Source of the DNA: Bdellovibrio sp.
GTDB lineage: Bacteria > Bdellovibrionota > Bdellovibrionia > Bdellovibrionales > Bdellovibrionaceae
Reading direction: 5' to 3'
NCBI GenBank assembly: GCA_036676395.1
Contig: JAKFCY010000002.1
Span: forward strand, 544,001 to 608,000
Length of the DNA stretch: 64,000 bases
The notes beneath the pieces were generated by a model. That model was given only the letters and a program-made list of their open reading frames with translations, had not been told where the DNA came from and made no database searches. Shown one piece after another: positions 40,725 to 48,399 of this stretch (position 1 is its first letter; every line of letters begins with the position of its first letter). Both the position numbers and the translations under genes were made by a program.

Positions 40725-41465
40725 ATGAAAAAGATTTTTGCGGCTAACTGGAAATTACAAAAAACACCTGCGCAAGCTAAAGAGTTTTGTGAAACTTTTC
40801 GCGCACAACTTGTGGCTCATACTTATTTTTGGGATCACAAAGAGGTTTTCATTTTTCCGCAAAACTTTTCTTTAAATACCGTAATTGCTGCGACCAAAGA
40901 TACTCCGGTGTTTGCAGGTCCACAAAATATTCATACTGAAAAATCTGGCGCATTCACTGGTGAAAATTCAGCAGCGTTTGCTAAAGACATGGGAGCAAAA
41001 ACTATTTTATTGGGGCACAGCGAACGTCGTCAGTATTTTGCTGAAACTCACGAAGCCTTAAATAAAAAAGTAAAACTTTGCCAAGAGTTAGATTTACTTC
41101 CGGTGTTTTGTATCGGCGAAACTTTAGCCCAGCGTGAAGCGGGTGAAACAGAAAAAATTTGTTTCGAACAAATCACCAAAGCGTTGGCGGGTATTGATCA
41201 ATCAAAACGCATCATCGTAGCTTACGAACCAGTCTGGGCCATCGGTACGGGTAAAGTGGCGACTGTGGCACAAGTTAAAGAAATTCACGAAAAGCTATAT
41301 CATAAAATGGCTGACCTTAATTTTACAAATTTTCAGTTATTATACGGCGGCAGTGTTAAGCCAGATAATGCCCAAGAGCTTTTGCAAGTTCCGCATGTTG
41401 ATGGTTTTCTAATTGGTGGTGCAGCCCTTGAAGTCGATAGCTTCATGAAAATTTGCTCGCACTAA
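40725..41465 (+). CDS. tpiA: Triosephosphate isomerase
   Basis: ANWK, GHSERR, AYEPVWAIGTG, YGGSVK. Confidence 0.96.
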   Translation: MKKIFAANWKLQKTPAQAKEFCETFRAQLVAHTYFWDHKEVFIFPQNFSLNTVIAATKDTPVFAGPQNIHTEKSGAFTGENSAAFAKDMGAKTILLGHSERRQYFAETHEALNKKVKLCQELDLLPVFCIGETLAQREAGETEKICFEQITKALAGIDQSKRIIVAYEPVWAIGTGKVATVAQVKEIHEKLYHKMADLNFTNFQLLYGGSVKPDNAQELLQVPHVDGFLIGGAALEVDSFMKICSH

Positions 41466-41499
41466 GTCCTGAAAAAACCAGACCATAGTACAACTTTGT

Positions 41500-41532
41500 G
41501 TCTCAGAATTAAACTTTTTCTCATATTGTGAC
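41500..41532. promoter_or_regulatory. Two tandem degenerate GTCTCA-N3-TGAGAC palindromes
   Basis: gtctca gaa ttaaac (41500-41514) and ttctca tat tgtgac (41518-41532). Confidence 0.45.
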
Positions 41533-41544
41533 GTTAAGTAAACT

Positions 41545-42924
41545 GTGAACAAGTTTACTCTTATTTTTTTTAGCGTATTCGTAATCCTGGTTTTGCAAAG
41601 CTCATTCGCCTGGGCAAAGCAAAATAGTGTTACGGTATTTAATCAAAAAATAAAATCAGAAAGCCTTGTTCTAAATAAGGTCACAGAAAATTTAGCAAAA
41701 AATCTTGATTCAAAACTTTTTGCTGTTCAGGTGCAAACTGAAATTTCTCCGGTATCATTAGAAGTCCAAAAAGTTCATATCACTTTACAATTATCACAAC
41801 AGTTAACACAAAATTACCGGGCGCAATTAACTAAGTGGATTAAACAATGGGTAGAATCTACTTATGGTGTGCGTGGGGATGCTAAAGTTGAGTGGATGCC
41901 GGTTGAAACGACTCAATCAGTTTCTGTATTTTGGTTTGATTTATTTTTATTAGGTTCTTTATTAGTCACGGCTATGGGTTTATTACTTCGCGCATTTATC
42001 AAAGCGCGGCCGCCGGTGCAATTAAGTTTTGGTTTTATCGAAGGCAAACTTAATAATGAATTAGAAGTCATAATAGCCGCGACTGAAGAAGTTTTCGCAA
42101 TTCCAGCAGAACAATTAGCACTTATCGCTCAAACTGAAGAAAAAGCTATAGTGTCGTTAGTGCTTGAACCTTTAGTTTCAGTTGAGCCATTTATTGAAAC
42201 TGAAGAAGAGGCTGTCGAAATCGTTTCTCCGTTCGTATTTGTTGAACAGATCGATAATGAAAAACTTAAAAGTTTATTTTCATTTTTTGATTTATCTCAG
42301 CAAGTGGCCTTTTTTATGAAAACTCCGCGTGCTAGCGTGCAGCGTTTAACAAGCGTCTTAGATAAAAAACTTGTGATGCAAATTTTAACTGAATCAGCTT
42401 TTCTTAAAGAAGCCAGCGATGAAGATTTAATTGCAGCTATGCAGTTATGGCAAGAGAGCCAGCAAACTAAAGCCGAAGTCATCGAAGTGGTGGATGTTAA
42501 CGAAAAGTTTTTACGTCTTAAAGAAATTTGGCTAGAGCTATCAGTTAAAGACAAAGCTTTATTATTAGAAAATCTAAGTTCAGAAAACCCTGGATTAGAA
42601 GCTTTTTTCTTACAAGGCCAAGAACAAGTTAACTCGTTAAAAAATTGGTCTCCTGAAAAATTAAGAAAATTTTGCTTACAAATGAGAACTCGTGATTTAG
42701 CTGCGGCGATTACAGAACTACCGTTTTTAGCAGAGACTATTTTATCGGTGTGCCCAGAATCGATGAAAAAGGCTATCCTTTTTGAAGTCCAATCGATGGA
42801 TGCAGTAAAAACCCAAGGCCATTTTGATTCCTTTGTATTTTCGTTTGAGCGCTATATTGCAAAAGCGACAGCGCCAAAGCCAGAAGCTAATCTTTTACAG
42901 ATTAGAACCCAACTTCTGCAATAA
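41545..42924 (+). CDS. Membrane protein, possibly with FliG-like cytoplasmic helical domains
   Basis: Signal peptide, internal TM, acidic helical C-terminal part with FliG-C-like patterns (L.KF...RTRDLAAAI). Confidence 0.4.
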   Translation: MNKFTLIFFSVFVILVLQSSFAWAKQNSVTVFNQKIKSESLVLNKVTENLAKNLDSKLFAVQVQTEISPVSLEVQKVHITLQLSQQLTQNYRAQLTKWIKQWVESTYGVRGDAKVEWMPVETTQSVSVFWFDLFLLGSLLVTAMGLLLRAFIKARPPVQLSFGFIEGKLNNELEVIIAATEEVFAIPAEQLALIAQTEEKAIVSLVLEPLVSVEPFIETEEEAVEIVSPFVFVEQIDNEKLKSLFSFFDLSQQVAFFMKTPRASVQRLTSVLDKKLVMQILTESAFLKEASDEDLIAAMQLWQESQQTKAEVIEVVDVNEKFLRLKEIWLELSVKDKALLLENLSSENPGLEAFFLQGQEQVNSLKNWSPEKLRKFCLQMRTRDLAAAITELPFLAETILSVCPESMKKAILFEVQSMDAVKTQGHFDSFVFSFERYIAKATAPKPEANLLQIRTQLLQ

Positions 42925-42978
42925 AACCTTGTTCAAAAAATATCTAAATCTATTTAAACAACAGCTCGTGTGAGCCAC

Positions 42979-42993
42979 GTCTTACATTGAGAC
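42979..42993. promoter_or_regulatory. GTCTCA-N3-TGAGAC-type palindrome
   Basis: gtctta cat tgagac, followed by act as in the copy at 7579. Confidence 0.5.
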
Positions 42994-43143
42994 ACTGCCT
43001 TGCGATTTACGCTTTCGCGTCAAGTCATTGAGCATGCTAAAAAGTCTCTGCCTCAATTAGATTATCTTAAAGCAAGAAAACACCGGTCGAACATTTGCAG
43101 AACATAGCCTTAAGTCTAGACTAATAACTAAGCGAGGCCACCA

Positions 43144-43431
43144 ATGTCGAAAACAAATAATAGCAATGTTCAAGAGACAGAGCACATTCACTTTAGAAGA
43201 TGCCATATCTGTGGCACTTTTAATGAGCGCGCAAACTCGTTAGTTGATCGCTGCAGTAGTTGCAGTAAAGCGTTGGCTCCGTTTGTCTTCTTTGATGAGC
43301 AGCATGCCCTAGGGGTATCAGACGGACGTCCGTCAGAAGAGCCTTCTAAAAAATCCAGCACGATGAAAATAACCCGTCTAGCCACGCAAAGTATTTATCC
43401 ACCTATTTGGGGTCTTACAGTATATTGGTAG
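43144..43431 (+). CDS. Small zinc-ribbon protein
   Basis: gagg RBS; CHIC...CSSC; 1-nt gap to ilvA. Confidence 0.7.
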   Translation: MSKTNNSNVQETEHIHFRRCHICGTFNERANSLVDRCSSCSKALAPFVFFDEQHALGVSDGRPSEEPSKKSSTMKITRLATQSIYPPIWGLTVYW

Positions 43432-43432
43432 C

Positions 43433-44641
43433 ATGCGAGTTACCCTAGAAGACATCCAAAAAGCCCAAAGCACTATTGAATCACTAGTTAATTACACCCA
43501 ATGTGATTATTCAAAATCACTGACGGATATTCTTGGTTCAGAAATGTTTCTTAAATTAGAAAATACCCAAAAAACCGGAAGCTTCAAAATTCGTGGAGCT
43601 TCTAATAAAATCACAAGTTTAACGGCTGATGAAAAAAAACGCGGCGTGATTGCCTGCTCTGCCGGTAACCACGCTCAAGGTGTAGCGTTAAGCTCAAAAT
43701 TAAATAATGTAAGATCTATCATTGTTATGCCTGAGAATGCGTCTATCGCTAAAACTGAAGCTACAAGACGGTACGGTGCCGAAGTGATTTTGCATGGTTC
43801 AATGTTTGATGAAGCTAAAGAGCATGCGCTTAAGTTAGCTAAAGAGCATGGCTATGTGTTCGTGCATCCTTATGAAGACGAAAAGGTGATCGCTGGCCAA
43901 GGAACAATTGGTTTAGAAATTCTACAACAAATCCCTGACGTCGACACGGTCGTAATACCGATCGGTGGTGGCGGATTAATCGCTGGAATAGCATTGGCCA
44001 TTAAAAGCCTAAATCCAAAAATTAAAATTATCGGTGTACAAACAGAGTCGGTTAGCACGATGGCGCAAATGTTTCACACGAAAAAATTTGTTCCCTTAAC
44101 TAAACCGGTAGCGACATTGGCTGATGGTATTGCCGTAAAAACACCAAGTGAAGTTATGTTTAAGTCATTCATCGAAAAAAATGTCGATGAAGTTGTGACT
44201 GTGACCGAAGACGAAATCGCAGAAGCAATTGTGTTTTTATTAGAGCGTGCAAAAACCGTGGCCGAAGGTTCTGGGGCTGTGACTGTAGCGGCAGCTCTTT
44301 CGCATAAATTAAATTTAGGTAAAAAAACGTGTTTAGTAGTAAGTGGTGGTAATATCGATTTAAATATTGTTTCAGATGTTATCAATCGCGGCCAAATTCA
44401 GCGCGGAAGACTTTGTGAATTGTCTGTGATCGTGCCTGATGTACCTGGAAGTCTTAGCCATTTAACGCAAATCATTGCTGAGCACAAAGCTAATGTCTTA
44501 GAAGTGCATCACGATCGTATTCGTCATGGCTTAAACTTAAAAGAAACTCGCATTGAATTCGCTTTAGAGACGACTTCGCGCGAACATATCAAAAAAATCG
44601 TCGAAGCTTTAGAAAAAGCTGGAGCGAAAGTTTTAGTTTAA
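43433..44641 (+). CDS. ilvA: Threonine ammonia-lyase with ACT domain
   Basis: KLENTQKTGSFKIRG, SAGNHAQG, PIGGGGL, SGGN, C-terminal ACT. Confidence 0.9.
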   Translation: MRVTLEDIQKAQSTIESLVNYTQCDYSKSLTDILGSEMFLKLENTQKTGSFKIRGASNKITSLTADEKKRGVIACSAGNHAQGVALSSKLNNVRSIIVMPENASIAKTEATRRYGAEVILHGSMFDEAKEHALKLAKEHGYVFVHPYEDEKVIAGQGTIGLEILQQIPDVDTVVIPIGGGGLIAGIALAIKSLNPKIKIIGVQTESVSTMAQMFHTKKFVPLTKPVATLADGIAVKTPSEVMFKSFIEKNVDEVVTVTEDEIAEAIVFLLERAKTVAEGSGAVTVAAALSHKLNLGKKTCLVVSGGNIDLNIVSDVINRGQIQRGRLCELSVIVPDVPGSLSHLTQIIAEHKANVLEVHHDRIRHGLNLKETRIEFALETTSREHIKKIVEALEKAGAKVLV

Positions 44642-45888
44642 AGCTTCCAATGAATTGATAACTGGTCGTTTTCTTTTAATTGATGACGGCCAGACTTAAT
44701 TGATTTCTGATTGATCTTAATGAAACGTTTATTGTGATCAAATTCTGAATATAAATAAAAAGTATCTAAAGTAAGTCCAGCACCTTTAACAACGTATTCA
44801 CCGTGATAGCTGTTTTCTTTCATGGCCATTGTCGTGGGCTTAAAAAACTGAGTTAAATCTTCTAAAGCAAAACTTTCATCTAATAAAAAGCCAGCACGCA
44901 CATTTGAATCAGCGATAAAGTTCAGTTGTGCTTCAGATTTTAAAGCAAATTTTTCACTTTTTTTATTGCTGCTGAGTTGCACCAATAGATGTTTTAACAT
45001 CTGGCGAATAACGCCTTGTAATTCAAAGTTGTGTTCGCCGGTTGTGTGGGCTTTTGAAACCACAGATTTTGGCGGCATCATCAGCTTAATTTGATTTAAA
45101 ATCGGCTGAGATAAAAATTGATGTAATTTATAATGGTAAACGAATTCTTGAATCATCGCACTTTCGATCACATGCGACGCCGCACACATTTTTTCTGCGA
45201 ACTGCGTGTTTGAAAAATCAATCGTGATTGTGCGTGAATTTTGTTTTTCTTCGATACCTAAACCCATTTTAATCAGTTTATCATGGTATTTAAGACTAAG
45301 ATCAGCTTGGCCCTGCGCACGCAAATCAAATTGGCGTTCGAATTCGTCTTTACAAGTTTTAAACCAAATCTGCTGAAAATCAGGTTCACTTAAAAAATCG
45401 AGATAAGGTGTTGCGCGAAAGCAGCTTGTGTAATGTTCGATTTGTTCGTCAAAAAACTGGGCCATCACTGCTTTTTGCGGATGCGGATCGATCATCGCTG
45501 ACCACAACATTGAATTTTTCTTATGCGCTTCAACTAACGGAGACAATGGAATTTTAAATTGAATTTGGCTGATATCATCACTCCAAATCAAAAATAAGTT
45601 TTCAGTTAAAGCCGAAATAAAAAATACTTTAGAATAGCTGTAGCCACCATTTTCAGGATCGTTAGTGATAAAAATATCACCGGGATTAAGCTTTAAATAC
45701 TTTTTAACGATTTGGTAGCTGACAAGCCGGCTAGTGGTTGTCGAGCATAATTCAGAATCACGCGAAAACATCAATTCGCCATTAAGGTTCACCAGAGATG
45801 CATTTTTGAAGTGATTCAAAAAACTTTGAAAGTAGTGATAATCCAAGTGGCCGTATGAAGCTAATTGTAAACTTTTATTATCAAACAT
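44638..45888 (-). CDS. Degenerate hydantoinase B/oxoprolinase-like protein
   Basis: LNPGDIFITNDPENGG and TIDFSNT resemble HyuB motifs; short; metal-ligand motif altered. Confidence 0.55.
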   Translation of the reverse strand: MFDNKSLQLASYGHLDYHYFQSFLNHFKNASLVNLNGELMFSRDSELCSTTTSRLVSYQIVKKYLKLNPGDIFITNDPENGGYSYSKVFFISALTENLFLIWSDDISQIQFKIPLSPLVEAHKKNSMLWSAMIDPHPQKAVMAQFFDEQIEHYTSCFRATPYLDFLSEPDFQQIWFKTCKDEFERQFDLRAQGQADLSLKYHDKLIKMGLGIEEKQNSRTITIDFSNTQFAEKMCAASHVIESAMIQEFVYHYKLHQFLSQPILNQIKLMMPPKSVVSKAHTTGEHNFELQGVIRQMLKHLLVQLSSNKKSEKFALKSEAQLNFIADSNVRAGFLLDESFALEDLTQFFKPTTMAMKENSYHGEYVVKGAGLTLDTFYLYSEFDHNKRFIKINQKSIKSGRHQLKENDQLSIHWKL

Positions 45889-47151
45889 CTAAATTCTCTT
45901 AAAAATTTCTGCAGTCCAAGAAAAAGGGCTAACGGCGTTATCAAGTTTTTTAAATAAAATATTTAAATGGCCTGTCCACTCAAGTTTTTCTTCTTTCACT
46001 TTGTGTAAAAGAATATCGTAGCCCAGTTTGTTGACGATAAAATCCTGAATGATCTTTAAATCAAAAGGCTCTTCATAATGGGCCTGGCCTTTTTCAAGAA
46101 CTTTAAATTGCGATTCAATTTTACTGCACAAAGTGTTTTCGGCCAATTTCGGAAAAAGCTGAACTAAGTTTTCTTCTTTAGAAATCGTTTTATAAAAGGC
46201 ATCCACAACTAAAGTTTTAACAGAGCGACCTGCTAACATTGGACCTGGCTCAATCGCTGCCGGAACTTTTGAAAACACTAAATGCCCTGATGAATGAATT
46301 TTAACTTCAGAAAACGGGTGAATACCGATCGCTTCAGATTCGATATGATCGTAATTCACATTCCCCCAGGGGCTTTTCCAAACGGGTGATGTTTTATCTT
46401 TCATCACGATCCAGCGTTCAAGATCTGTGTGAATCAGTAAATCTTTTTTATTTTTCTTAAAAGAGTGGTGTAAAAATTGATCGGCACTAAAATACAGATC
46501 AATATTTTCAAAATCTTTTTGAAATTGATTTTTAACCCAGAAATGAATTTCAGGCTCACCCAGGCAAGCTTTGATTTCACTGACGATTTCTTCTTTAGTG
46601 CCCTCAGAGCCTGCATTAATCAAAGTTCTGCGTAATGAATTTAAATTATCAGGTTCAGGGTTTTTAAATACAGAAAATTTATTTTCAATAAAGAAATTTT
46701 CAATCGAAGTTAATTGCTCTTCAGAAAATTGGCTTAAACTAATTACGACTTTGTTGGCTTCGGCATTAATTTTTTTAACTCGCTCTAACTCGGTTTTTAA
46801 ATGCTCAAGCGTAAACGCTTTATTCAGCGGAATAATTAAAGCCGCTGCAGCTAACGATAAGCAGGTTGAATCTTCGAAAGTGTAATTGTTTTCTTGGTGT
46901 TCATTTAAAACCTGAATAACACTGCCACCTAGGCGAAATGATTTTAGACGGTCTAAATATTTTGTAACAATGTAAACCGATGAAATCGTGTGTTCAGCGG
47001 TTAAAGGCTTAATGTGCTGGTTTAAAATGGACTTCAATGATGTCTGCGGTAAGAAGAATGTTTTTTTCAACAAAATACTATTAGAGCCACTGCGGGCTTC
47101 GATTTCCGCGTAGGATTCTCCTAAATAAATTGCAAGTGAAGCATTGGACAT
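45889..47151 (-). CDS. Degenerate hydantoinase A/oxoprolinase-like protein
   Basis: RRTLINA and EPGPMLAGR resemble HyuA motifs; adjacent to HyuB-like gene; start moved to MSNASL. Confidence 0.45.
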   Translation of the reverse strand: MSNASLAIYLGESYAEIEARSGSNSILLKKTFFLPQTSLKSILNQHIKPLTAEHTISSVYIVTKYLDRLKSFRLGGSVIQVLNEHQENNYTFEDSTCLSLAAAALIIPLNKAFTLEHLKTELERVKKINAEANKVVISLSQFSEEQLTSIENFFIENKFSVFKNPEPDNLNSLRRTLINAGSEGTKEEIVSEIKACLGEPEIHFWVKNQFQKDFENIDLYFSADQFLHHSFKKNKKDLLIHTDLERWIVMKDKTSPVWKSPWGNVNYDHIESEAIGIHPFSEVKIHSSGHLVFSKVPAAIEPGPMLAGRSVKTLVVDAFYKTISKEENLVQLFPKLAENTLCSKIESQFKVLEKGQAHYEEPFDLKIIQDFIVNKLGYDILLHKVKEEKLEWTGHLNILFKKLDNAVSPFSWTAEIFKRI

Positions 47152-47198
47152 ATTAAGTTGGTCTATGTTAGAGATAGTTACATTAAGGGTCAATAACT

Positions 47199-48317
47199 AT
47201 GAAAGTATCTGCAGAAATTTTAAGTCTAGTGCCGTACAAACCAGGTAAACCCATCAGCGAAGTTCAGCGCGAATATGGTTTAACTGAAGTTCATAAATTG
47301 GCCAGCAACGAAAACCCGTTGGGTCCAAGTCCTAAAGCAGTACAGGCGATTCAAAAAGCCCTAACTGAGCAGCATCGTTATCCAGATCCTTCTTGTTATG
47401 AATTGGTCCAAAAAATCTCAAAAAATTGGAACGTTCCTGCCACTCAAGTGGGAATCGGCAACGGTTCAAACGAGATCATTGATCTTTTAATTCGTATTTT
47501 TTGCGAACCAGGTGATTCAATATTAACAACTGAAGCCGCTTTCGTGGCTTATAAAGTGTGTGCACAGGCAGCACGTGTGAAAGTCAGAACTGTTCCTTTA
47601 CGTCCTGATTTATCGATGGATTTAAAGGCTATGGCCGATGATTTTTATCGCAATCCAGCTTCAAAAACTCAATTGATTTTTATTCCTAATCCAAACAACC
47701 CAACGGGAACATCAGTGGGTGGCGCAGAGATGGACGAGTTTTTAACCCGCCTTGGAAACCGTGATGACGTGTTGTTAATTTTTGATGAAGCCTACACTGA
47801 ATATGTGCGTGATCCGCAATTTAAAGCAGCTGCAAATTTCTACCAAAAATATACAAACGTAATTGTGATTAAAACCTTTTCTAAAGTTTACGGTTTAGCA
47901 GGGTTGCGCTTAGGCGCAATGCTTGCACCAGAATTTGTTTTAGAGCTTTATAATCGCGTAAGAAATCCATTTAACGTGAATGAATTAGCACAAGTGGCGG
48001 GTATTGCAGCACTTGATGATATTGAGTATATGCAAGCTTCACAAAAATCAGTGTGGGATGGTTTAGATTATTTTTATAAAGAACTAACCAGACTAAAACT
48101 TCCGTTCTTTAAATCAGAGGCGAATTTTGTGTTATTCGACACGCTTCGATCTGCTGATGTTTGCTTTAAAAACCTTCTGCAAAAAGGCATTATTTTACGC
48201 CCGGTGGGTAACTACGGTTTTCCGACCTATTTACGCATGACCGTTGGGCAAAAAGAAGAAAATCAAAAAGCCATAGCTGCAATCGAACAGATGTTAACTG
48301 AAGTTCCCAAGCTATAG
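47199..48317 (+). CDS. hisC: Histidinol-phosphate aminotransferase
   Basis: KLASNENPLG, NPNNPTG, DEAY, KTFSKVYGLAGLR. Confidence 0.93.
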   Translation: MKVSAEILSLVPYKPGKPISEVQREYGLTEVHKLASNENPLGPSPKAVQAIQKALTEQHRYPDPSCYELVQKISKNWNVPATQVGIGNGSNEIIDLLIRIFCEPGDSILTTEAAFVAYKVCAQAARVKVRTVPLRPDLSMDLKAMADDFYRNPASKTQLIFIPNPNNPTGTSVGGAEMDEFLTRLGNRDDVLLIFDEAYTEYVRDPQFKAAANFYQKYTNVIVIKTFSKVYGLAGLRLGAMLAPEFVLELYNRVRNPFNVNELAQVAGIAALDDIEYMQASQKSVWDGLDYFYKELTRLKLPFFKSEANFVLFDTLRSADVCFKNLLQKGIILRPVGNYGFPTYLRMTVGQKEENQKAIAAIEQMLTEVPKL

Positions 48318-48399
48318 TTTTTACCGTCTATAATCCTGACAGTGTTTAACCTAATGAAACTCTAGTAATATCCCCTGATTGTAAAATTAAGGGGATATA

